From: Neovahlkampfia damariscottae
Lineage: Eukaryota
DNA: 64,000 nt
Assembly: GCA_016618085.1 (NCBI GenBank)
Contig: JABLTG010000107.1
Span: forward strand, 1-64,000
Direction: 5' to 3'
This document shows positions 23,932-36,027 of this stretch, piece by piece. Each line of letters begins with the position of its first letter. The first letter of the stretch is position 1. The notes below the pieces were generated by a model that was given only the letters and a program-made list of their open reading frames with translations, was not told the DNA's origin and did no database searches. Made by a program: the position numbers and the translations under genes.

Positions 23932-24756
23932 ATGAAGCTCTGGTTTTTTTCATTGATATTGGTGATAATTATTTATTTTATCACACCACCAGGTCAATAC
24001 CCTAATCGTTTGGAAGTAATTCCTTCACAAGTAGACAATTCATATTATGATTCTGAAGAATATTCAACAACTTGGAATGATCCAAATTCTTGGGCCTCTG
24101 GACTTCATATCATCAATCCAACAAGAAGAGATTATATTTTAAAGACATTTAATGAATATAAAATTTCTAAAAACTCTAAAATTTTAGATTTAGGTTGTGG
24201 TGGTGGTTTATTAACCATTGAAATGGCCAAAAGTGGATTTAAAAATATTAAAGGAGTTGATATTTCACCAAATTCTGTCATTGAAGCAACTAAATTTTCT
24301 AAATACTCTTCATTGAATATTGAATTTAAAACTGGAAGTGTTTATCAAATACCAGAAGAGAATAATACTTTTGATGTCGTAATTGTTGCTGATGTTTTGG
24401 AACATTTAAATGATTTACAATTAGGAATGAAGGAAATTGATAGAGTACTAAAAAAAGGAGGACTAGTCTTCTTTGAAACTATTGATCGAAATATTTATTC
24501 TAATTTATTTGTCAAAGTATTGGGTGAAACTTTTGGTGTAATTCCTAAAAATACACATGATTATAGATTATTTATTAAACCAACTGAATTGGAAGATTTA
24601 TTTTCAAAATTTAATTTTACATTGGTTGAATTTTATGGTTATAAATTTGAATTCGGATTATCAGATAAATATATTCCAATGATAAAATATGCTTCTTTAT
24701 TATCAAAAGGAGTTGTTAATGATTTATATATTGGACATGGAATAAAAATGATTTAA
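23932..24756 (+). CDS. UbiG/COQ3-like O-methyltransferase with N-terminal signal/anchor
   Basis: LHIINPTR, ILDLGCGGGLL, DVLEHL, THDYRLFIKPTEL; hydrophobic MKLWFFSLILVIIIYF. Confidence 0.85.
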   Translation: MKLWFFSLILVIIIYFITPPGQYPNRLEVIPSQVDNSYYDSEEYSTTWNDPNSWASGLHIINPTRRDYILKTFNEYKISKNSKILDLGCGGGLLTIEMAKSGFKNIKGVDISPNSVIEATKFSKYSSLNIEFKTGSVYQIPEENNTFDVVIVADVLEHLNDLQLGMKEIDRVLKKGGLVFFETIDRNIYSNLFVKVLGETFGVIPKNTHDYRLFIKPTELEDLFSKFNFTLVEFYGYKFEFGLSDKYIPMIKYASLLSKGVVNDLYIGHGIKMI

Positions 24757-24792
24757 AAAAAAACAATTTGTTAAATCAACCAATCAAAAAAC

Positions 24793-26257
24793 ATGTCTGA
24801 TAGTGATGATGAATTACTCTCACCTTCGACTGATTTTGAAGAAATACAAAGTTTATTCAAATTATTTGAAAAAAAGAAACTTACTTCTTCCATGACTTTT
24901 GAAGATACAATAGAAGTAAGAAGATATTTTGATGTTTGTTTGGACTTAAAAGTAAAGTTTTAAAATTAAAATTGATCATAGAATTATTTTTATTATACTT
25001 TTAAAAGACCAGCAAAATCAGATGATATTGTCAAAATAAAACAACAAAGAACAAATGTTTGAATATTATATATTTTTTATTTTTTTTAGAGATGCATGGA
25101 TTATTTTGGTAAAAAATATTTTTCAAAAGGAATTTCTTTAGATAAAATTGAATATGAAGGTAATAGAATATTTCTATTCTAATTTAAAAAAGAATTGAAA
25201 AAACCTCAATTTCATTTCGAAGCTATTAAAATATCAGTCAAAGAAATCAAAATTTATTTAGAAAATAGTAAATTAACACCAATTCAAGAAAGAAAAAGAA
25301 TAGATTTTAATTTTGGATCATCTTCAAATGATATTTTTAATGATTTTGATAAAAAAAAGAATACCAATATAAAATCAGAATTATGTGATAGAGAATTAAA
25401 GTATGGTCATTGTAGATACACAAATATATTATTCTCAAAAATACCAACTTGTACAAAGAGACACATGGAAATTATGTCTTTTAAATCAAAAAAATCAAAA
25501 CTATCAAATTCTCATGCTGTAAAAAGAAAAAGAATATTTTTTATTTTTTTTTTTTTAGATGTATTATCAAATTGAACAACAATTTAAAAAAGATTTTCCA
25601 AATTCTACAATCAAAAATATTTATGAAATAAAAAATGAAAAAGCTGAAAGTAGATATAATGAAATTGAAAAATCATTTTTTGCTAAAAATAAATTGAATG
25701 TAAGAAAATTATATCATGGTACTTCAGAGAAATTTCTACAAGGAATTTATGATTCAGGATTCATTTTACCTTCTGATTTTGTTCATAACTCAAATTGTAA
25801 AAGAAATTCAAATGCACCTGCATATTCATTATGTGATAATACATGTCCTGATTGTGCTGGAATTAATAAAAAGAAACATGTTTGGAATCAATGTCATATG
25901 TATGGTCTAGGACTCTATTTTGCTGATATTCCTCAAAAAAGTGATCTTTATGTTTCAGACTCATATTTTAAAAAAAAAAATAAAAAAGGAAGAAAATTGA
26001 TACTTTGTAAAGTTGCTTTGGGTAAAACCTTTACAATTGATCAAGATATTTTGAATCAAGATGATTATCATGATTTAGTTGAACCACCTTCTGGATATGA
26101 TAGGTAAGAAACAATATCGTTATTTAATATTGTTAGTATTTTTGTTCCAGGAAGAAGTGATGCAAATAAGGGTTATGGAGTTTTCAGAACTGAATATATT
26201 TTATTCAATCCATGTCAAGCATTACCAGAATTTGAAATTGAATATGATTTGCAATAA
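24793..26257 (+). CDS. PARP-family ADP-ribosyltransferase, 5 introns
   Basis: LYHGT, MYGLGLYFA, LILCKVALG, GYDSIF, TEYILF (H-Y-E triad). Confidence 0.88.
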
Positions 26258-26274
26258 TAGTTTATTAAATATAT

Positions 26275-28014
26275 TTATTGTGATTCAATTTCTTCATTAC
26301 TCAAAACAGGATTCAGACTCAACCATCCACCTTGTAAATTTTTTACTTTGAATCCATTTTGTGATAAAACTCTTGATGCCATGTATGATCTAAATCCAGA
26401 TCTACAATAAACAACATAAGTTTTTTCTTTGTCAAATAATTTGAGATTATCTCTAATTGTATCAAGTTCCACATTCTTTGAACCTTTAAAATGACCATCA
26501 TTAAATTCTGAGTCTGTTCTAACATCAATTACTTGATAATCATTATTTGTTTTCTTAAATTCTAGAACTGAAATACCTGTAACATCTCCACAATCTGTAT
26601 TATGAGAACTAAAACCCAACATTACAACAGGATCCTTTGATGATCCAAATTGTGGTGAATAACAAAGATCTAAAAATTCTAAATCATGGATAGTCATATT
26701 TGCATAAATTGCTGCAGCTATAACATCTGTTCTTTTATCAACACCATCAACACCAACAACTTGTGCTCCTAATATTTTTTCTGTTTCTGAGTGTGAAATT
26801 AATTTTAAACATAGTGAATTAGATCCAGGGTAATAAGTGACATGACTATTTCCATGAATTACATTTACTTTGTATGGAATATTATATTTTTTACATGCTT
26901 TTTCAGATAACCCAGTCATCGCGCATGTAATTCCACAAGTTTCAATTATTGCTGTACCAATACTACCTTTGTATTTGATTTTAACATCAGAAACAGCATT
27001 TTGTCCAGCACATCTTCCTTGCTTCGCAGCAGGACCAGCAAGAGCAAAACGATCTTGTAATCCTGTAATCATGTTCTTTACTTCAACAGCATCCCCAACA
27101 GCAAAAATATCAGGATCAGATGTTTGCATATATTCATTAGTAATAATTCCTCTAGTTTTTCCAATTTCTAAACCACAATCTTGTGCTAATTTAATTTCAG
27201 GTCTAACACCAATACAAAGTAAAATTAAGTCAGATTCTATTAATTTTCCACTTTGTGTTTCCACATGAGTTGCTTTATCATTTTCTGTTTTGAATGATTT
27301 GACACCATCTTTGAGTACAAAATTGATTGTTGAATCTTTTAATTGAAATTGAATCAAAGAAGCCATATCTTCATCAAATGGTGGTAAAATATGATCATAT
27401 AATTCCACAACACTTGTTTCAATTCCTAAATGAACCATTTGATCTGCAATTTCCAATCCAATAAAACCAGCTCCCACAATTGTAGCTATTTATATTTAAT
27501 ATTGTAATCAACTTTACCTTTTTTTACGTTATGTTTTTCAATGAATTGTTTTATTTTTTCTGCATCTGGAACTGTTTTGAGTGTGAAAATATTCGATGAG
27601 TGAATCCCTTCAATTGGAGGAACAACTGCCCCTGCTCCAGGTGATAATATTAATTTATCATAAATCTCATCAAATTCTTCTTTTGTTAAAAGATTTTTAA
27701 TTGTGACTTTCTTTTCTTTTCTATTTATTGACATGACTTCATGATTCACTTTTGTTTCTACTCTATAACGATTCCAAAATTTTTCTGGTGTTTGAAGTAA
27801 TAAAGAATCTTTGGATTTAATTTCATCTCCAACATAATATGGAAGTCCACTAAAAGTAAAAAAATTAAATATTTTTTTACCAGTTTGCAAAAGAAACAAA
27901 ACCTCCTTTTTCAAACATTTTAATTGAAGCTCCTTCGCACATTCTACGAGCTTTTGCGGCAGCACCCGCTCCTCCTGCAACACCTCCAACGATAACTAAT
28001 TTTATGTTTTTCAT
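26275..28014 (-). CDS. cdr: CoA-disulfide/persulfide reductase with C-terminal rhodanese domain (Cdr-RHD/Npsr type), 2 introns
   Basis: VIVGGVAGGA, SFANC|GLPYY, GAGFIGLE, YYPG, LDLCYSPQF, YCRSGFRS. Confidence 0.93.
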
Positions 28015-28212
28015 TTTGTTTGGTTTTGGAGATGAATTTCCGAATTTATTGTTGAGTTTTTCACCATGTTTGGAAAGTTATTCCTATTGGTGGAAAAATA
28101 AAATTTCCAAAACAAGCAAAAAGTTGATTTATTTGAATCGATAACTCAATGTGTTTCATCAATAGTTTAATTTGATGGCTTCATGTTGAACTTTTAAATC
28201 GCTGCTCATTGT

Positions 28213-29305
28213 TTAACAATCTCCCATGATAACAAGATCACAAAAATTTTGTTCTTTTACATTCAAAAATAAATCATTTTGAATATTTTTCTTCAAAACT
28301 TGAATCACGTGTAAGTCGTTTAAATTTTCACTTGTATCACTCAATCCACCAAAAATATAAATATCATTTCCAATACAACCCATAGAATGCTTTTTTGATT
28401 GTTTAAAAAATTCTGTATTACCTTCAATCGTTTTTCTGGTGACAATTTGGTTTCAATTTTATTCCAGTTATGAGTAATCAAATCAAATGAATGAAATTCA
28501 TCACTACAAATGTCATTATCATCATCATAACCACCAAACACATAAAATTTGTCTTTTAGTTTTACTCCTGAAAGACAAGACATTCTTTGTGGAAAATTTG
28601 GCACTTTCTCTTCAGAAATAATAATACTCCAAGTATTTGTTATAAAATTAAAGCAATGAACATTATCTGCACTATTTCGAACAGTTTCATTTCCAATTGC
28701 ACCGCCAAAAACGTATAAATGAGTCTCATCACAAAAAATTACATGATCAGTGATTGGTTCAGGTGGTACTCCAATTTGTTGATCAAATGGTATTGTATTC
28801 CATTCATTTTTAGTTATAGAATACAAATGTAAATCATTTAAAGCAATTTCTCTTGAAAAATAACCTCCATATATAACCATATTATCATCATATAAACATG
28901 TTGAATGGAATTGTCTTGGTGATGGTCGTTTTCCTTTTGGTTTTAATTCTTTCCATTCTTTCTTATCAAAATTATATTCCCAAATTTCATCATGATCTCT
29001 AAAAAATGTACTTGCACCAGCAAAAAGATATATACAGTTTTTATATGAAATAATTGTATGACCACTTCTTCCTTGAGGTGTGCTATTTGTCGAAATTCTT
29101 GTCCATTTTGAAGTTAATGGATCAAATTCAACAAAATCACTTAAAAAAGTTGGTAAAGGTACAGTACTATAACCTTATTGTTTTTGAGATGAATTCATTG
29201 TTTTTTACCTCCATAAAAGTATAATTTGTTGTTATATGTACAAACGCTTGTCCTTCTTCGTTTTTTTGGTACCTGGCCAAAACATGATATTTTTTTCCAC
29301 TCCAT
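28213..29305 (-). CDS. Kelch-repeat protein, 2 introns
   Basis: Repeated GRSGH/PRQFH..., YGG/FGG and W motifs; ends NFCDLVIMGDC. Confidence 0.85.
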
Positions 29306-29424
29306 TAATATGTTATTGTTTTCTTCACAAAAAAATTAATTGAAAAGAAGTTTGGGTTAACGGTCTTCAAAAACTGTTTATTTTGACCAATAACACAACG
29401 TTTAATCATTTAGCCAATAAAAAA

Positions 29425-30738
29425 ATGTCCACAGCTCAACCTCAACAACGTCAAGGCAATGCTACATTGAATAATATATTAAAAACACTGATGTCATTTT
29501 CTCAACCAGGTAAACAGTTCATCAATTGTAAATTTTTTCAAGGAAATGATCCAATTGAAAAATTTGCTCAGACTCCCATTGGTAGTAAAGTGATGATTCT
29601 TTTCAAATATTTCATGAGGACTTTTGGTGTTGTTTTAAATTTTGTTGCTTTGATTCTGTTGTTATTGTCAGGATTTTTTTATTATTGGTTTTTATTTTTT
29701 GTTTCTAAAATTGAACTTAGGTTTTGGATGCCATTGATTACACCATTTCCTTCATTTTTATTTTTTATAAATTTTCCACAAACCCTTTGGTGTGGTAAGT
29801 AGTACTTGTTGTATTCTAAAAATATCCTCCAAGGATATTGTTGTTTGTTCAATTTTTTAATGGCAAGCTTTATTGATCCTTCTTCACCACCTGATTATTG
29901 GTTATCACAACAAAGACCAAATCTTGAAGAATTGAAAAGAGAAGATGAAGAATTAAAAGGAAAAAAATTTACGAGTGTTTGTAAAACTTGTAAAGAAGCA
30001 AAACCAGCAAGAACACATCACTGTCACGCTTGTAATAAATGTGTTAATCGTATGGATCATCATTGTCCGTAAGTTAAATTTTAAATTTTTTTACAAATTT
30101 TAGATGGATAAAGTAAAATTGATAAAATTAATGTTTTTTAAAAGTAATTGTGTTGGATATCAAAATCATCGTTATTTTCTCTCATTTTTAGCTTATTTTG
30201 CATTTTCTTGTTCTTATGTTGGCTGTATGTTTATTGGAATGTTGATTGGAATTCTTCCTTGTAATCTTTATCTTTGGAATCAATATAAAAGTATGTACTA
30301 TTTATTTGGAACATTAGCAATTGCATTTGGTGTGGCAATGACTGGATTTGGTGGTTGGCATTTTTATCGTTCGAAAATCAATTATTTAATTTTTATTCAA
30401 AGTGATATTGACAAATCAAACAACTATTGAATTTCAATTTAACAAAATGAGACAAATTCAAAATTGGGGTCGTTCAAGTGAATCAATTAATATATACAGT
30501 CATGGAATCAAAGAAAATTTAAAACAAATATTTGGTAATAAATCATATTGGGAAATGCTTTTACCTTCAGTCTCAGATTTACCTGTTGCTGATGGAATTC
30601 ACTGGCCTGTTGTTAATCAATATGTAAGTTATCATAATTTTAACTAAATATTTCTTAAAGACCAAAATTCAAACACCGTCTGAAAGTTATGAACAAGTTG
30701 ATAATCATTGGGAAGGAAACTCTAAAAATGATGTTTGA
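29425..30738 (+). CDS. DHHC palmitoyltransferase, 6 introns including a 9-nt microexon
   Basis: [44 protein letters not shown]. Confidence 0.95.
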
Positions 30739-30889
30739 ATCAAAATATTATTAATTTATATTTTTTTAGAAAAATGAATCTATAGAAACAAATGCTGTAA
30801 TTGATATTTATCCAGGCACAGAATCAAAACAAAATGTTTAAAATTGACCAATAAAAATTCATTGATAGTATTTTAATAGTTAATTTTTG

Positions 30890-33800
30890 ATGAGTATTGC
30901 CCTGACCCAACACTCATCAACATTCAAAGAAAATGAAATAAAAGTGAAAGTAACAGGTGTTAGACCAAGTTCTACATTAAAAAATATCAAAGTAAGTCAT
31001 TCCCTTATTTGACTCAGTTTACATAGTACAATCTGGTTGTTGTGCATAAAAATGGAAATTATGATCTTGTTAAGACTGAATATGAATTCTTGAAATTCAA
31101 TGAAGACTTGAAAAAAATACTTGAAGAAAAGAAGAAAATAACGTTTTCTTCTCAATCACAGCTAAGTCGAAAATATTTTGAAGATGTAAAAAACTATCCT
31201 CTAATCATCATTTTAAACAAAGGGAACTCCTGTAAACATCAGAATTAATTCTTTTAATGAACAACTTCAACAAATATTACATAAAGATTCTAAATATTTG
31301 ACTGTACATGCAGCAGATGATATTTTGGTTAATTTCTTTGAAGGGGTTGATTCAAATCATTTATCAGAGGACTGGATAGCTCTTGGTGGTGATAAACAAT
31401 TAATGAGTTCGATCACCATTGAACAAATTAAAAAATTTACTACTTATTGCCAATTGGTTGATTTCAAAGGTAAAAAAGATTTTTTTTTGAATACAACCAA
31501 CATACAGTAAGAGAGTAGGAAAATATTAAAAACAAAAAACAAATAGGACTTAGGATATGATGACCTTTCATTCTTTGATTATGAAACATTTGTTGAAATA
31601 TACAAAGAAAGTAGAAATTATTATATTTGTTGGATAAAAAATGAAAGCAATTGTTCATACTTTAATTTATGTAAGATTAAATTTCTATTTAAATTTTAGC
31701 CATAAATTTAGATAAAACAGTTGAAAAAATCAAAGAAATGAAGTCTGAAGATTTGTTTGAACCTTTTATCGAAGAAGATGAATTTTCAGTTGTCAAAAAA
31801 GAAAAAAAAGAAGAAAATAAAATACAAAAAAATGAATTTAGTGATTTTGATATTTCAGAGTTGAAAAAAATTAGAACTGAAAAGATTGAAGAAAGAATAA
31901 AATTATCAAATGAATTAAATGAAGAAGAAGGTTTTATATTAACTCAAAATAAATTAATTGATACAATTGAAAATGAATTAAATTTAAAAGAAAATGAAGT
32001 CGTAAAAATATTTGAAGTTTCATTGGATGATTTATCTTTAAGATTTAATCAATCTATTCCACCATTTATTGAAGACATATTTAAACATTTATTAAATATT
32101 AAAGGTAAAATTTTAAATTAAATTAAAAAAAACGAAGAACCAATCAATTTGGATTTTGAAAATTCGATTGATGATTCTTTGAATAAATTAATGAATTTAA
32201 TTGAATCAGAATCAAATTTAAATTTGAATAATTTTAAATCTATTGAATTAATTTATTTGATTAAATTATTTTTACAAAAATTACCAATAAAATTAGTATC
32301 AAATGAATTAACCAATCAATTAAAAAGTAAAAAGTAATTTAAAAAACTAATAAATTGGATTAGAATTAAAAAAGAAACAAGTCAAAGATTTTAAAACTAT
32401 ATTTCAATTACTATCAAATTCAAACGAAATATTTTTAATTTATTTATTTAAGAATTTTTCAGAATTAATATTTCAAGAATCAATTAAAAAGAATGAATTA
32501 GCATTAATATTTTCATCAGTAATCTTTGATTCAAAACAGATATCAAATAACTCAAATCCTACTTTCGATATTTTTTATTTCTTATTAGAAAATATCAATA
32601 AATTTGAATTAAAAAATGATTTTATTTTAAGAAATATTTCAAATCGACCTCATTTATATTATTATTCATGTATTTCATCTTTATGTTTAATTCCATTGTT
32701 GACTGATGAATTTCTTAATGAACAAAAAAGATATTCAAATATTGAAAATGAAATTATTTTAAATGAAGATGATTCTATTAAATGTGCATCTATTAATAAA
32801 TTAATCATTTTATTAACAACAAAAAATGGTAATTGGATTATAAAAATATTAAATCTAAAAATAGATGAAGAATTTGATTGGATATTTTTATTAACACATA
32901 AATGTTTCATTTCTTCAGAAGAATTATTAAAATATTTAAAGTTAAGATATAATACACCACCACCATTATTATTATTTACATATAATTCAAATACTAATTT
33001 ATTTGATATTTCACTTGATAAATTTCAATCATTTTTTGAATCAACATTATTACCAATAAGAAAAAGGTAAGAAAAAAAATAAATTAATTCTTTAGAATTT
33101 ATTTAATTTTAAAGAAATGGGTTGAAAATTTCTATTATGATTTTAAAGAATCAAAAGAATTAAAAAATGAATTATTTCTATTTTTAGAAGAAATGGAAAT
33201 GACAAAAATGGAATATTGTTCAAATGAAATTAAATTATTGATTATTGAAAAATCAAAAAATAAAGAAACATTATTTGAACAAAAAATTGAAGAAAAGATT
33301 GATAATTCATTAAAAATTAAATTAGGAGAAGGTGATTTAGAGAAAGATGGAAAATCAAAAACTATAAAAAAGAAATTAAAAGAATTCTTGATATTATCAC
33401 CAAGAAATACTTTAGATAGGAATGGTAATTTAAATCTGAGATTAATATGATTAATATTTTAGTTTTTGATTCTTTAATTAAAAGTTATTCTTCATTTGAT
33501 TTAACATTTCAATTAACAAAAATTGAAATAGATTCATTCAAATTAATTCAACCAAATGAATTTTTAAATAAGAATTGGATCAAAGAAAATAGAAAAGAGA
33601 AATCACAAAATATAAATCAAATTATTGAAAGATCAAATTTAATTTCAAAATGGGTAATTAATGAAATTATAAATTCAAATGATTTAAAAGAAAGAGTGTC
33701 AAGTAATTATATATATTTATTAACCAATCAAAGTCATTTCAAAATTTATTAGAATTCTATCCATTTCTTTAGAAATTCAAAATTATAATTTATTAATTGA

Positions 33801-34227
33801 ATTATTATTTGGTTTAAATTCACATCCAATTTTAAGATTAAAAAAAACATGGAATTCATTACCAAAAAGTGATTTATTAATATTTTCAAAATTGAATAAA
33901 TTATTTGAACCAAAAGGAAATTATAAAAATTTAAAAGAAGAAATTGAAAAAAGAATTAAATGTAATGATGAAGAAATTGGTATTCCTTTTTTAGGAATGT
34001 ATTTGACAAATTTAATGTTCATTGAAGAAAGATATTCTGATTTAAAATTTGAAATGATTAATTGGACCAAAAGAAAATTACAATCAAAAATTATTTTTGA
34101 CTTTCAAAGCTTTCAAAAAAATTTCTCTGAAATTCAAGATTATCCAGAATTAAAAGAAAGAATCATTCAAATTGATGTACCAGAAATGGAAGAATTATAT
34201 GCAGTCTCTTTACAAATTGAACATTAA
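30890..34227 (+). CDS. PX-like + RhoGAP-like + REM + RasGEF (CDC25) protein, ~11 introns
   Basis: IFEVSLDDL...IPPFIE (RhoGAP start); IKCASINKLI, LTHKCF (REM); IPFLGMYLTNLMFIEE (RasGEF). Confidence 0.8.
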
Positions 34228-34238
34228 TGAATGATTTA

Positions 34239-35750
34239 TTAAATTCTTCTAAAAGCTCTTCCAGTTTTTCTAATACCTCTTTTAACAATATTGATGACTT
34301 TTCTAGCTGTATTTCCAACTTTTTTTGAACCATTTGTTACTTGATAATTATTTCCCTTCTTTCCTGTTGTAATTTGAATATCTCTATTGTCATTTTGATC
34401 ACCAGGTGTCAATGAAACAGTAATTACTATTTTTTGAACAGCACTGTCAATTTTTGATTTTGAATAACCACGAGCTTTCATTGCATTTACACATCTACTA
34501 ACACATCCATTCTTTAAATTTGTAATGTATGGTTGATCAAAAGAGACACTATTAACACCATAATAATTCTTTCTTGTTGTTGATGAAACTTTGTTCATAT
34601 AATAGAAAAATCTACCATAATCACCACATGCACAATATTCTTGTTGTACTTTGTTTCCTTTAAGTTGATCAATAAATTCTGATCTGAATTTATTTAAAAG
34701 TGAATTCATAAGATCATATTTATATCTAGTAGTTGGATCATAAGCTTGTTTTCTACTTAAGTTGGACAAATAATTTCTCATTTTTCTAAATGCTTCAACA
34801 GTTGAATCAGCTTCTGCACCTGAAGGTTTTTCATATGATTTCTTCATTGATTCTTGTTCAAATTCTCGAAGTGTTGAAGTGAGTTGTGACATCCATTGTG
34901 GGTTTAATCTACAAATTTTTGAGAATCCATGAAGTCCATCTTTGTAATCATTTAAAATTGATAAAATTTCAAGGTCATTTCCATCAACTTTTTTTCCTGC
35001 AAGGTATTTCAAAAATTGATCATCATATGCAGTAGTTGAGTATTGTGGATTTCTAGCTTCAAATTCTTTATCATCAACATCTGTTACACCGTATGCAATT
35101 TTTCTCCAAATTTTTGAAATGAAACTGACTCTTTGATTATTTCCTGAAAATAATGTATTTTTACAAACCCATTTGTATGATTGCATTTGATCTGAACTCC
35201 TTTTTACTTCGTTTGTCAAATCCATAAATCCTTTGAAGTCACTAGCTTGATTTGGATTAACTGGGCAATTGATAAGACTTGAACAATCATATTCACAGAC
35301 GTAACGTGAAGCACAACCTCCTTTTTGGTATGGACCAACGTATCTTGCAAATACATCAGAGACTCTTTTCGCTTTTTTCTTAGCTCCTCTTACAGCATCA
35401 ATTAAAGATGTAAATGCCTTTCCAATTGCCTTTACAACTTTTACAACAGTCTTTGCAACTTTTTTTGCGACACGAGCAACACCTCTTGCTACACGAGAGA
35501 CAGCTCTTCCAACTTTTCTCAATGCTCTTCCAATTCTACGGAAAAACAAAACTTTAGTGCCCAATGTTGCTGTTTCTTCATCTTGTGGATAATAGTATTT
35601 GACATTAGTGTTGTCAAGATTGAAAAAATCTTCAACATCAAAAGATAAACTAGTTTTTGCTGCGCATTGCACCGGAGCACCATTTATTGTTGCGACCAAT
35701 ACGAGAAGAAAAAAGATGCAACAAAGTACTTTTTTCATAATGAGTGACAT
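34239..35750 (-). CDS. Secreted protein with cationic amphipathic segments, function unknown, intronless
   Basis: 503-aa ORF; signal peptide MKKVLCCIFFLLVLVATINGA; FFRRIGRALRKVGRAVSRV... and C-terminal RKVINIVKRGIRKTGRAFRRI. Confidence 0.8.
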   Translation of the reverse strand: MSLIMKKVLCCIFFLLVLVATINGAPVQCAAKTSLSFDVEDFFNLDNTNVKYYYPQDEETATLGTKVLFFRRIGRALRKVGRAVSRVARGVARVAKKVAKTVVKVVKAIGKAFTSLIDAVRGAKKKAKRVSDVFARYVGPYQKGGCASRYVCEYDCSSLINCPVNPNQASDFKGFMDLTNEVKRSSDQMQSYKWVCKNTLFSGNNQRVSFISKIWRKIAYGVTDVDDKEFEARNPQYSTTAYDDQFLKYLAGKKVDGNDLEILSILNDYKDGLHGFSKICRLNPQWMSQLTSTLREFEQESMKKSYEKPSGAEADSTVEAFRKMRNYLSNLSRKQAYDPTTRYKYDLMNSLLNKFRSEFIDQLKGNKVQQEYCACGDYGRFFYYMNKVSSTTRKNYYGVNSVSFDQPYITNLKNGCVSRCVNAMKARGYSKSKIDSAVQKIVITVSLTPGDQNDNRDIQITTGKKGNNYQVTNGSKKVGNTARKVINIVKRGIRKTGRAFRRI

Positions 35751-36027
35751 TGACCAATCAGAATAATTGATTCTATTTAAATTGATTGGCCTATTTTTCT
35801 TACAATCTTCTTTTTGTTATTTTTTTTTTATCAGTTGATAAAAATTCAAAATCAAAAATCCACCCTTATGAAAGGGTTTTGATTGGTCAATAAATTCTAT
35901 TTTTGTGTTTTTTTCTAAATATAATCTGACATGTTTATTTTACTTTCAAAAGTGGTTTGATGAAGTTAAAATTGATTGAGAAAAATTGTCCAATCACGTT
36001 GCTTTAGAAATTTTTTTTTGTCTCACT

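Noticed and set aside
28100..28212. Possible SECIS or C/D snoRNA downstream of the kelch gene (ATGA..AAA, TGATGA)
   Set aside because: No convincing helix or D box and no in-frame UGA in the upstream CDS.
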